Shown here: piece after piece, positions 24,380 to 37,730 of the stretch
Numbering within the stretch: position 1 is the stretch's first letter
Layout of the letters: every line of letters starts with the position of its first letter
Source of the DNA: Camelus dromedarius
Lineage: Eukaryota
Reading direction: 5' to 3'
Length of the DNA stretch: 64,000 bases
Assembly (NCBI RefSeq): GCF_036321535.1
Contig: NC_087436.1
Location: forward strand, 930,001 to 994,000
Position numbers and translations under genes: made by a program
The notes under the pieces: generated by a model
The model's database searches: none
What the model was told of the DNA's origin: nothing
What the model saw: the letters and a program-made list of their open reading frames with translations, nothing else

Positions 24380-27300
24380 GGAGACTATTTTTCTCTGCTT
24401 TCTCTGTATGTTTCCTAGTGCCGGTATGAAGTTCCTGCATTTTTCACTGTAAAATCGAGTTGGAGCTTCTACTCCCCATATATATGTATGGAATGGAGTT
24501 TGCAACTGAAAAGAAACTTTGTGTTCCCAACAAGCTAGGTGAAGGACGGCTTTCACACACACTTATCTCTCAGAACTGAGCAAGTGGAGAGACTTTCGTT
24601 CATGTAGCACCAAGGGAACGGGTTGCAGGAGACACTTTTTCTCTGCTTTCTCAGTCTGTTTCCTAGTGCCGGTTTGAAGTTCCTGCAGTTTTCACTCTCA
24701 AACCGAGTTGGAGCTAGTACCTCCCCATATATATGTATGGATTTGAGTTGGCAACTGAAAAGAAACTTTGTGTCCCCAACAAGCTAGGTGAAGGACGGCT
24801 TTCACACACATTTATCTCTCAGAACTGAGCAAGTGGAGAGACGTTCTTTCATGTAGCACCAAGGGAACGGGTTGCAGGAGACACTTTTTCTATGCTTCCT
24901 CAGTCTGTTTCCAAGTGCCGGTTTGAAGTTCCTGCAGTTTTCACTGTTAAACCGAGTTGGAGCTTCTACCTCCCCATATATATGTATGGAATGGAGTTTG
25001 CAACTGAAAAGAAACTTTGTGTTCCCAACAAGCAAGGTGAAGGACGGCTTTCACACACACTTATCTCTCAGAAGAGAGCAATTGGAGAGACGTTCGTTCA
25101 TCTAGCACCAAGGGAACGGGTTGCAGGAGACACTTTTTCTCTGCTTTCTCAGTCTGTTTCCTAGTGCCGGGTTGAAGTTCCTGCAGTTTTCACTGTCAAC
25201 CCGAGTTGGAGCTAGTACCTCCCCATATATATGTATGGAATGGAGTTTGCAACTGAAAAGAAACTTTGTGTTCCCAACAAGCTAGGTGAAGGACGGCTTT
25301 CACACGCACATATCTCTCAGAACTTAGCAAGTGGAGAGATGTTCGTTCATCTAGCACCAAGGGAACGGGTTGCAGGAGACACTTTTTCCCTGCTTTCTCA
25401 GTCTGTTTCCTAGTGCCGGTTTGAAGTTCCTGCAGTTTTCATTGTCAAACCAATTTGGAGCTTGTATCTCCCCATATATAAGTATGGAATGGAGTTTACA
25501 ACTGAAAAGAAACTTTGTGTTCCCAACAAGCTAGGTGAAGGACGGCTTTCACACACACTTATCTCTCAGAACAGAGCAATTGGAGAGACGTTCGTTCATC
25601 TAGCACCAAGGGAACGGGTTGCAGGAGACACTTTTTCTCTGTTTTCTCAGTCTGTTTCCTAGTGCCGTTTTGATGTTCCTGCAGTTTTCACTGTGAAACC
25701 GAGTTGGAGCTTCTACTTCCCCATATATATGTATGGAAGGAGTTTGCAACTGAAAAGAAACTTTGTGTTCCCAACAAGCTAGGTGAAGGACGGCTTTCAC
25801 ACACACTTATCTCTCAGAACTGAGCAAGTGGAGAGACGTTCGTTCATCTAGCACCAAGGGAACGGGTTGCAGGAGACACTTTTTCTCTGCTTTCTCAGTC
25901 TGTTTCCTAGTGCCGGTTTGAAGTTCCTGCAGTTTTCACTGTGAAACCGCGTTGGAGCTAGTACCTCCCCATATATATGTATGGAATGGAGTTTGCAACT
26001 GAAAAGAAACTTTGTGTTCCCAAAAAGCTAGTTGAAGGACGGCTTTCACACACACTTATCTCTCAGAACTGAGCAAGTGGAGAGACGTTCGTTCATCTAG
26101 CACCAAGGGAACTGGTTGCAGGAGACACTTTTTCTCTGCATTCTCAGTCTGTTTCCTAGTGCCGGTTTGAAGTTCCTGCAGTTTTCACTGTAAAACCGAG
26201 TTGGAGCTAGTACCTCCCCATATATATGTATGGAATGGAGTTTGCAACTGAAAAGAAACTTTGTGTTCCCAACAAGCTAGGTGAAGGACGGCTTTCACAC
26301 ACACTTATCTCTCAGAACTGAGCAAGTGGAGAGACGTTCGTTCATCTAGCACAAAGGGAACGGGTTGCAGGAGACACTTTTTCTCTGCTTTCTCAGTCTG
26401 TTTCCTAGTGCCGGTTTGAAGTTCCTGCAGTTTTCACTGTCAAACCGAGTTGGAGCTTGTACCTCCCCATATATATGTATGGAATTGAGTTGGCAACTGA
26501 AAAGAAACTTTGTGTTCCCAACAAGCTATGTGAAGGACGGCTTTCACACACACTTATCTCTGAGAACTGAGCAAGTGGAGAGACGTTCTTTCATGTAGCT
26601 CCAATGGAACGGGTTGCAGGAGACACTTTTTCTCTGCTTCCTCAGTCTGTTTCCTAGTGCCGGTTTGAAGTTCCTTCAGTTTTCACTGTAAAACCGAGTT
26701 GGAGCTTCTACCTCCCCATATATATGTATGGAATGGAGTTTGCAACTGAAAAGAAACTTTGTGTTCCCAACAAGCTAGGTGAAGGACGGCTTTCACACAC
26801 ACTTATCTCTCAGAACTGAGCAAGTGGAGAGACGTTCGTTCATCTAGCACCAAGGGAACGGGTTGCAGTAGACACTTTTTCTCTGTTTTCTCAGTCTGTT
26901 TCCTAGTGCCGGTTTGAAGTTCCTGCAGTTTTCACTGTGAAACCGAGTTGGAGCTTCTACCTCCCCATATATATGTATGGAATGGAGTTTGCAACTGAAA
27001 AGAAACTTTGTGTTCCCAACAAGCAAGGTGAAGGACGGCTTTCACACACACTTATCTCTCAGAACTGAGCAAGTGGAGAGACGTTCGTTCATCTAGCACC
27101 AAGGGAACGGGTTGCAGGAGACACTGTTTCTCTGCTTTCTCAGTCAGATTCCTAGTGCCGGTTTGAAGTTCCTGCAGTTTTCACTGTCAAACCGAGTTGG
27201 AGCTAGTACCTCCCCATATATATGTATGGAATGGAGTTTGCAACTGAAAAGAAACTTTGTGTTCCCAACAAGCTAGGTGAAGGACGGCTTTCACACACAC

Positions 27301-30300
27301 TTATCTCCCAGAACTGAGCAAGTGGAGAGACGTTCGTTCATCTAGCACCAAGGGAACGGGTTGCAGGAGACACGTTTTCTCTGCTTTCTCAGTCTGTTTC
27401 CTAGAGCCGGTTTGAAGTTCCTGCAGTTTTCACTGTAAAACCGAGTTGGAGCTTCTACCTCCCCATATATATGTATGGAATGGAGTTTGCAACTGAAAAG
27501 AAACTTTGTGTTCCCAACAAGCAAGGTGAAGGACGGCTTACACACACACTTATTTCTCAGAACTGAGCAAGTGGAGAGACGTTCGTTCATCTAGCACCAA
27601 GGGAACGGGTTGCAAGAGACACTTTTTCTCTGCTTTCTCAGTCTTTTTCCTAGTGCCGGTTTAAATTACCTGCAGTTTTCACTGTCAAACCGAGTTGGAG
27701 CTAGTACCTCCCCATATATATGTATGGAATTGAGTTGGCAACTGAAAAGAATCTTTGTGTTCCCAACAAGCTAGGTGAAGGACGGCTTTCACACACACTT
27801 ATCTCTCAGAACTGAGCAAGTGGAGAGACGTTCTTTCATGTAGCACCAAGGGAACGTGTTGCAGGAGACACTTTTTCTCTTCTTCCTCAGTCTGTTTCCT
27901 AGTGCCGGTTTGAAGTTCCTGCAGTTTTCACTGTAAAACCGTGTTGGAGCTTGTACCTACCCATATATATGAAAGGAATGGAGTTTGCAACTGAAAAGAT
28001 ACTTTGTGTTCCCAACAAGCTAGGTGAATGATGGCTTTCACACACACTTATCTCTCAGAACTGAGCAAGAGGAGAGACGTTCGTTCATCTAGCACCAAGG
28101 GAACGGGTTGCAGGAGACACATTTTCTCAGCTTTCTCAGACTGTTTCCTAGTGCCGGTTTGAAGTTCCTGCAGTTTTCACTGTAAAACCGAGTTGGAGCT
28201 TCTACCTCCCCATATATATGTTTGGAATGGAGTTTGCAACTTAAAAGAAACTTTGTGTTCCCAACAAGCTAGGTGAAGGACGGCTTTCACACACACTTAT
28301 CTCTCAGAACAGACCAAGTTGAGAGACGTTCGTTCATCTAGCACCAAGGGAACGGGTTGCAGGGGACACTTTTTCTCTGCTTTCTCAGTCTGTTTCCTAG
28401 TGCCGGTTTGAAGTTCCTGCAGTTTTCACTGTGAAACCGAGTTGGAGCTAGTACCTCCCCATATATATGTATGGAATGGAGTTTGCAACTGAAAAGAAAC
28501 TTTGTGTTCCAAACAAGCTAGGTGAAGGACGGCTTTCACACGCACATATCTCTCAGAACTGAGCAAGTGGAGAGACGTTCGTTCATCTAGCACCAAGGGA
28601 ACGGGTTGGAAGAGACACTTTTTCTCTGCTTCCTCAGTCTGTTTCCTAGTGCCGGTTTGAAGTTCCTGCAGTTTTCACTGTAAAACCGGGTTGGAGCTTG
28701 TACCTCCCCATATATATGTATGGAATGGAGTTTGCAACTGAAAAGAAACTTTGTGTTCCCAACAAGCTAGGTGAAGGACGGCTTTCACACACACTTATCT
28801 CTCAGAACTGAGCAAGTGGAGAGACGTTCGTTCATCTAGCACCAAGGGAACGGGTTGCAGGAGACACTTTTTCTCTGCTTTCTCAGTCTGTTTCCTAGTG
28901 CCGGTTTGAAGTTCCTGCAGTTTTCACTGTCAAACAGAGTTGGAGCTAGTACCTCCCCATATATATGTATGGAATGAAGTTTGCAACTGAAAAGAAACTT
29001 TGTGTTCCCAACAAGCTAGGTGAATGACGGCTTTCACACACACTTATCTCTCAGAACAGAGCAAGTGGAGAGACGTTCGTTCATCTAGCACCAAGGGAAC
29101 GGGTTGCAGGAGACACTTTTTCTCTGCTTTCTCTGTATGTTTCCTAGTGCCGGTATGAAGTTCCTGCATTTTTCACTGTAAAATCGAGTTGGAGCTTCTA
29201 CTCCCCATATATATGTATGGAATGGAGTTTGCAACTGAAAAGAAACTTTGTGTTCCCAACAAGCTAGGTGAAGGACGGCTTTCACACACACTTATCTCTC
29301 AGAACTGAGCAAGTGGAGAGACTTTCGTTCATGTAGCACCAAGGGAACGGGTTGCAGGAGACACTTTTTCTCTGCTTTCTCAGTCTGTTTCCTAGTGCCG
29401 GTTTGAAGTTCCTGCAGTTTTCACTCTCAAACCGAGTTGGAGCTAGTACCTCCCCATATATATGTATGGAATTGAGTTGGCAACTGAAAAGAAACTTTGT
29501 GTCCCCAACAAGCTAGGTGAAGGACGGCTTTCACACACATTTATCTCTCAGAACTGAGCAAGTGGAGAGACGTTCTTTCATGTAGCACCAAGGGAACGGG
29601 TTGCAGGAGACACTTTTTCTATGCTTCCTCAGTCTGTTTCCAAGTGCCGGTTTGAAGTTCCTGCAGTTTTCACTGTTAAACCGAGTTGGAGCTTCTACCT
29701 CCCCATATATATGTATGGAATGGAGTTTGCAACTGAAAAGAAACTTTGTGTTCCCAACAAGCAAGGTGAAGGACGGCTTTCACACACACTTATCTCTCAG
29801 AAGAGAGCAATTGGAGAGACGTTCGTTCATCTAGCACCAAGGGAACGGGTTGCAGGAGACACTTTTTCTCTGCTTTCTCAGTCTGTTTCCTAGTGCCGGG
29901 TTGAAGTTCCTGCAGTTTTCACTGTCAACCCGAGTTGGAGCTAGTACCTCCCCATATATATGTATGGAATGGAGTTTGCAACTGAAAAGAAACTTTGTGT
30001 TCCCAACAAGCTAGGTGAAGGACGGCTTTCACACGCACATATCTCTCAGAACTTAGCAAGTGGAGAGATGTTCGTTCATCTAGCACCAAGGGAACGGGTT
30101 GCAGGAGACACTTTTTCCCTGCTTTCTCAGTCTGTTTCCTAGTGCCGGTTTGAAGTTCCTGCAGTTTTCATTGTCAAACCAATTTGGAGCTTGTATCTCC
30201 CCATATATAAGTATGGAATGGAGTTTACAACTGAAAAGAAACTTTGTGTTCCCAACAAGCTAGGTGAAGGACGGCTTTCACACACACTTATCTCTCAGAA

Positions 30301-33300
30301 CAGAGCAATTGGAGAGACGTTCGTTCATCTAGCACCAAGGGAACGGGTTGCAGGAGACACTTTTTCTCTGTTTTCTCAGTCTGTTTCCTAGTGCCGGTTT
30401 GATGTTCCTGCAGTTTTCACTGTGAAACCGCGTTGGAGCTAGTACCTCCCCATATATATGTATGGAATTGAGTTGGCAACTGAAAAGAAACTTTGTGTTC
30501 CCAACAAGCTATGTGAAGGACGGCTTTCACACACACTTATCTCTGAGAACTGAGCAAGTGGAGAGACGTTCTTTCATGTAGCTCCAATGGAACGGGTTGC
30601 AGGAGACACTTTTTCTCTGCTTCCTCAGTCTGTTTCCTAGTGCCGGTTTGAAGTTCCTGCAGTTTTCACTGTAAAACCGAGTTGGAGCTTCTACCTCCCC
30701 ATATATATGTATGGAATGGAGTTTGCAACTGAAAAGAAACTTTGTGTTCCCAACAAGCTAGGTGAAGGACGGCTTTCACACACACTTATCTCTCAGAACT
30801 GAGCAAGTGGAGAGACGTTCGTTCATCTAGCACCAAGGGAACGGGTTGCAGTAGACACTTTTTCTCTGTTTTCTCAGTCTGTTTCCTAGTGCCGGTTTGA
30901 AGTTCCTGCAGTTTTCACTGTGAAACCGAGTTGGAGCTTCTACCTCCCCATATATATGTATGGAATGGAGTTTGCAACTGAAAAGAAACTTTGTGTTCCC
31001 AACAAGCAAGGTGAAGGACGGCTTTCACACACACTTATCTCTCAGAACTGAGCAAGTGGAGAGACGTTCGTTCATCTAGCACCAAGGGAACGGGTTGCAG
31101 GAGACACTGTTTCTCTGCTTTCTCAGTCAGATTCCTAGTGCCGGTTTGAAGTTCCTGCAGTTTTCACTGTCAAACCGAGTTGGAGCTAGTACCTCCCCAT
31201 ATATATGTATGGAATGGAGTTTGCAACTGAAAAGAAACTTTGTGTTCCCAACAAGCTAGGTGAAGGACGGCTTTCACACACACTTATCTCCCAGAACTGA
31301 GCAAGTGGAGAGACGTTCGTTCATCTAGCACCAAGGGAACGGGTTGCAGGAGACACGTTTTCTCTGCTTTCTCAGTCTGTTTCCTAGAGCCGGTTTGAAG
31401 TTCCTGCAGTTTTCACTGTAAAACCGAGTTGGAGCTTCTACCTCCCCATATATATGTATGGAATGGAGTTTGCAACTGAAAAGAAACTTTGTGTTCCCAA
31501 CAAGCAAGGTGAAGGACGGCTTACACACACACTTATTTCTCAGAACTGAGCAAGTGGAGAGACGTTCGTTCATCTAGCACCAAGGGAACGGGTTGCAAGA
31601 GACACTTTTTCTCTGCTTTCTCAGTCTTTTTCCTAGTGCCGGTTTAAATTACCTGCAGTTTTCACTGTCAAACCGAGTTGGAGCTAGTACCTCCCCATAT
31701 ATATGTATGGAATTGAGTTGGCAACTGAAAAGAATCTTTGTGTTCCCAACAAGCTAGGTGAAGGACGGCTTTCACACACACTTATCTCTCAGAACTGAGC
31801 AAGTGGAGAGACGTTCTTTCATGTAGCACCAAGGGAACGTGTTGCAGGAGACACTTTTTCTCTTCTTCCTCAGTCTGTTTCCTAGTGCCGGTTTGAAGTT
31901 CCTGCAGTTTTCACTGTAAAACCGTGTTGGAGCTTGTACCTACCCATATATATGAATGGAATGGAGTTTGCAACTGAAAAGATACTTTGTGTTCCCAACA
32001 AGCTAGGTGAATGATGGCTTTCACACACACTTATCTCTCAGAACTGAGCAAGAGGAGAGACGTTCGTTCATCTAGCACCAAGGGAACGGGTTGCAGGAGA
32101 CACATTTTCTCAGCTTTCTCAGTCTGTTTCCTAGTGCCGGTTTGATGTTCCTGCAGTTTTCACTGTAAAACCGAGTTGGAGCTTCTACCTCCCCATATAT
32201 ATGTTTGGAATGGAGTTTGCAACTTAAAAGAAACTTTGTGTTCCCAACAAGCTAGGTGAAGGACGGCTTTCACACACACTTATCTCTCAGAACAGACCAA
32301 GTTGAGAGACGTTCGTTCATCTAGCACCAAGGGAACGGGTTGCAGGGGACACTTTTTCTCTGCTTTCTCAGTCTGTTTCCTAGTCCCGGTTTGAAGTTCC
32401 TGCAGTTTTCACTGTGAAACCGAGTTGGAGCTAGTACCTCCCCATATATATGTATGGAATGGAGTTTGCAACTGAAAAGAAACTTTGTGTTCCAAACAAG
32501 CTAGGTGAAGGACGGCTTTCACACGCACATATCTCTCAGAACTGAGCAAGTGGAGAGACGTTCGTTCATCTAGCACCAAGGGAACGGGTTGGAAGAGACA
32601 CATTTTCTCTGCTTCCTCAGTCTGTTTCCTAGTGCCGGTTTGAAGTTCCTGCAGTTTTCACTGTAAAACCGGGTTGGAGCTTGTACCTCCCCATATATAT
32701 GTATGGAATGGAGTTTGCAACTGAAAAGAAACTTTGTGTTCCCAACAAGCTAGGTGAAGGACGGCTTTCACACACAGTTATCTCTCAGAAATGAGCAAGT
32801 GGAGAGACGTTCGTTCATCTAGCACCAAGGGAACGGGTTGCAGGAGACACTTTTTCTCTGCTTTCTCAGTCTGTTTCCTAGTGCCGGTTTGAAGTTCCTG
32901 CAGTTTTCACTGTCAAACAGAGTTGGAGCTAGTACCTCCCCATATATATGTATGGAATGAAGTTTGCAACTGAAAAGAAACTTTGTGTTCCCAACAAGCT
33001 AGGTGAATGACGGCTTGCACACACACTTATCTCTCAGAACAGAGCAAGTGGAGAGACGTTCGTTCATCTAGCACCAAGGGAACGGGTTGCAGGAGACACT
33101 TTTTCTCTGCTTTCTCTGTATGTTTCCTAGTGCCGGTATGAAATTCCTGCATTTTTCACTGTAAAATCGAGTTGGAGCTTCTACTCCCCATATATATTTA
33201 TGGAATGGAGTTTGCAACTGAAAAGAAACTTTGTGTTCCCAACAAGCTAGGTGAAGGACGGCTTTCACACACACTTATCTCTCAGAACTGAGCAAGTGGA

Positions 33301-36300
33301 GAGACTTTCGTTCATGTAGCACCAAGGGAACGGGTTGCAGGAGACACTTTTTCTCTGCTTTCTCAGTCTGTTTCCTAGTGCCGGTTTGAAGTTCCTGCAG
33401 TTTTCACTCTCAAACCGAGTTGGAGCTAGTACCTCCCCATATATATGTATGGAATTGAGTTGGCAACTGAAAAGAAACTTTGTGTCCCCAACAAGCTAGG
33501 TGAAGGACGGCTTTCACACACATTTATCTCTCAGAACTGAGCAAGTGGAGAGACGTTCTTTCATGTAGCACCAAGGGAACGGGTTGCAGGAGACACTTTT
33601 TCTATGCTTCCTCAGTCTGTTTCCAAGTGCCGGTTTGAAGTTCCTGCAGTTTTCACTGTTAAACCGAGTTGGAGCTTCTACCTCCCCATATATATGTATG
33701 GAATGGAGTTTGCAACTGAAAAGAAACTTTGTGTTCCCAACAAGCAAGGTGAAGGACGGCTTTCACACACACTTATCTCTCAGAAGAGAGCAATTGGAGA
33801 GACGTTCGTTCATCTAGCACCAAGGGAACGGGTTGCAGGAGACACTTTTTCTCTGCTTTCTCAGTCTGTTTCCTAGTGCCGGGTTGAAGTTCCTGCAGTT
33901 TTCACTGTCAACCCGAGTTGGAGCTAGTACCTCCCCATATATATGTATGGAATGGAGTTTGCAACTGAAAAGAAACTTTGTGTTCCCAACAAGCTAGGTG
34001 AAGGACGGCTTTCACACGCACATATCTCTCAGAACTTAGCAAGTGGAGAGATGTTCGTTCATCTAGCACAAAGGGAACGGGTTGCAGGAGACACTTTTTC
34101 CCTGCTTTCTCAGTCTGTTTCCTAGTGCCGGTTTGAAGTTCCTGCAGTTTTCATTGTCAAACCAATTTGGAGCTTGTATCTCCCCATATATAAGTATGGA
34201 ATGGAGTTTACAACTGAAAAGAAACTTTGTGTTCCCAAAAAGCTAGGTGAAGGACGGCTTTCACACACACTTATCTCTCAGAACAGAGCAATTGGAGAGA
34301 CGTTCGTTCATCTAGCACCAAGGGAACGGGTTGCAGGAGACACTTTTTCTCTGTTTTCTCAGTCTGTTTCCTAGTGCCGGTTTGATGTTCCTGCAGTTTT
34401 CACTGTGAAACCGAGTTGGAGCTTCTACTTCCCCATATATATGTATGGAAGGAGTTTGCAACTGAAAAGAAACTTTGTGTTCCCAACAAGCTAGGTGAAG
34501 GACGGCTTTCACACACACTTATCTCTCAGAACTGAGCAAGTGGAGAGACGTTCGTTCATCTAGCACCAAGGGAACGGGTTGCAGGAGACACTTTTTCTCT
34601 GCTTTCTCAGTCTGTTTCCTAGTGCCGGTTTGAAGTTCCTGCAGTTTTCACTGTGAAACCGCGTTGGAGCTAGTACCTCCCCATATATATGTATGGAATG
34701 GAGTTTGCAACTGAAAAGAAACTTTGTGTTCCCAAAAAGCTAGTTGAAGGACGGCTTTCACACACACTTATCTCTCAGAACTGAGCAAGTGGAGAGACGT
34801 TCGTTCATCTAGCACCAAGGGAACTGGTTGCAGGAGACACTTTTTCTCTGCATTCTCAGTCTGTTTCCTAGTGCCGGTTTGAAGTTCCTGCAGTTTTCAC
34901 TGTAAAACCGAGTTGGAGCTAGTACCTCCCCATATATATGTATGGAATGGAGTTTGCAACTGAAAAGAAACTTTGTGTTCCCAACAAGCTAGGTGAAGGA
35001 CGGCTTTCACACACACTTATCTCTCAGAACTGAGCAAGTGGAGAGACGTTCGTTCATCTAGCACAAAGGGAACGGGTTGCAGGAGACACTTTTTCTCTGC
35101 TTTCTCAGTCTGTTTCCTAGTGCCGGTTTGAAGTTCCTGCAGTTTTCACTGTCAAACCGAGTTGGAGCTTGTACCTCCCCATATATATGTATGGAATTGA
35201 GTTGGCAACTGAAAAGAAACTTTGTGTTCCCAACAAGCTATGTGAAGGACGGCTTTCACACACACTTATCTCTGAGAACTGAGCAAGTGGAGAGACGTTC
35301 TTTCATGTAGCTCCAATGGAACGGGTTGCAGGAGACACTTTTTCTCTGCTTCCTCAGTCTGTTTCCTAGTGCCGGTTTGAAGTTCCTGCAGTTTTCACTG
35401 TAAAACCGAGTTGGAGCTTCTACCTCCCCATATATATGTATGGAATGGAGTTTGCAACTGAAAAGAAACTTTGTGTTCCCAACAAGTTAGGTGAAGGACG
35501 GCTTTCACACACACTTATCTCTCAGAACTGAGCAAGTGGAGAGACGTTCGTTCATCTAGCACCAAGGGAACGGGTTGCAGTAGACACTTTTTCTCTGTTT
35601 TCTCAGTCTGTTTCCTAGTGCCGGTTTGAAGTTCCTGCAGTTTTCACTGTGAAACCGAGTTGGAGCTTCTACCTCCCCATATATATGTATGGAATGGAGT
35701 TTGCAACTGAAAAGAAACTTTGTGTTCCCAACAAGCATAGTGAAGGACGGCTTTCACACACACTTATCTCTCAGAACTGAGCAAGTGGAGAGACGTTCGT
35801 TCATCTAGCACCAAGGGAACGGGTTGCAGGAGACACTGTTTCTCTGCTTTCTCAGTCAGATTCCTAGTGCCGGTTTGAAGTTCCTGCAGTTTTCACTGTC
35901 AAACCGAGTTGGAGCTAGTACCTCCCCATATATATGTATGGAATGGAGTTTGCAACTGAAAAGAAACTTTGTGTTCCCAACAAGCTAGGTGAAGGACGGC
36001 TTTCACACACACTTATCTCCCAGAACTGAGCAAGTGGAGAGACGTTCGTTCATCTAGCACCAAGGGAACGGGTTGCAGGAGACACGTTTTCTCTGCTTTC
36101 TCAGTCTGTTTCCTAGAGCCGGTTTGAAGTTCCTGCAGTTTTCACTGTAAAACCGAGTTGGAGCTTCTACCTCCCCATATATATGTATGGAATGGAGTTT
36201 GCAACTGAAAAGAAACTTTGTGTTCCCAACAAGCAAGGTGAAGGACGGCTTACACACACACTTATTTCTCAGAACTGAGCAAGTGGAGAGACGTTCGTTC

Positions 36301-37730
36301 ATCTAGCACCAAGGGAACGGGTTGCAAGAGACACTTTTTCTCTGCTTTCTCAGTCTTTTTCCTAGTGCCGGTTTAAATTACCTGCAGTTTTCACTGTCAA
36401 ACCGAGTTGGAGCTAGTACCTCCCCATATATATGTATGGAATTGAGTTGGCAACTGAAAAGAATCTTTGTGTTCCCAACAAGCTAGGTGAAGGACGGCTT
36501 TCACACACACTTATCTCTCAGAACTGAGCAAGTGGAGAGACGTTCTTTCATGTAGCACCAAGGGAACGTGTTGCAGGAGACACTTTTTCTCTTCTTCCTC
36601 AGTCTGTTTCCTAGTGCCGGTTTGAAGTTCCTGCAGTTTTCACTGTAAAACCGTGTTGGAGCTTGTACCTACCCATATATATGAATGGAATGGAGTTTGC
36701 AACTGAAAAGATACTTTGTGTTCCCAACAAGCTAGGTGAATGATGGCTTTCACACACACTTATCTCTCAGAACTGAGCAAGAGGAGAGACGTTCGTTCAT
36801 CTAGCACCAAGGGAACGGGTTGCAGGAGACACATTTTCTCAGCTTTCTCAGTCTGTTTCCTAGTGCCGGTTTGAAGTTCCTGCAGTTTTCACTGTAAAAC
36901 CGAGTTGGAGCTTCTACCTCCCCATATATATGTTTGGAATGGAGTTTGCAACTTAAAAGAATCTTTGTGTTCCCAACAAGCTAGGTTAAGGACGGCTTTC
37001 ACACACACTTATCTCTCAGAACAGACCAAGTTGAGAGACGTTCGTTCATCTAGCACCAAGGGAACGGGTTGCAGGGGACACTTTTTCTCTGCTTTCTCAG
37101 TCTGTTTCCTAGTGCCGGTTTGAAGTTCCTGCAGTTTTCACTGTGAAACCGAGTTGGAGCTAGTACCTCCCCATATATATGTATGGAATGGAGTTTGCAA
37201 CTGAAAAGAAACTTTGTGTTCCAAACAAGCTAGTTGAAGGTCGGCTGTCACACGCACATATCTCTCAGAACTGAGCAAGTGGAGAGACGTTCGTTCATCT
37301 AGCACCAAGGGAACGGGTTGGAAGAGACACTTTTTCTCTGCTTCCTCAGTCTGTTTCCTAGTGCCGGTTTGAAGTTCCTGCAGTTTTCACTGTAAAACCG
37401 GGTTGGAGCTTGTACCTCCCCATATATATGTATGGAATGGAGTTTGCAACTGAAAAGAAACTTTGTGTTCCCAACAAGCTAGGTGAAGGACGGCTTTCAC
37501 ACACAGTTATCTCTCAGAAATGAGCAAGTGGAGAGACGTTCGTTCATCTAGCACCAAGGGAACGGGTTGCAGGAGACACTTTTTCTCTGCTTTCTCAGTC
37601 TGTTTCCTAGTGCCGGTTTGAAGTTCCTGCAGTTTTCACTGTCAAACAGAGTTGGAGCTAGTACCTCCCCATATATATGTATGGAATGAAGTTTGCAACT
37701 GAAAAGAAACTTTGTGTTCCCAACAAGCTA
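24380..37730. repeat. Three tandem copies of a 19-monomer HOR (modules X+Y); the middle copy is shortened to 16 monomers
   Basis: The private variant TTCCAAGTG/AGAAGAGAG gives 90-aa ORFs at 24892, 29621 and 33604 (steps 4729, 3983). The 82-aa ORFs at 27342, 31325 and 36054 step by 3983 and 4729. Confidence 0.85.
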
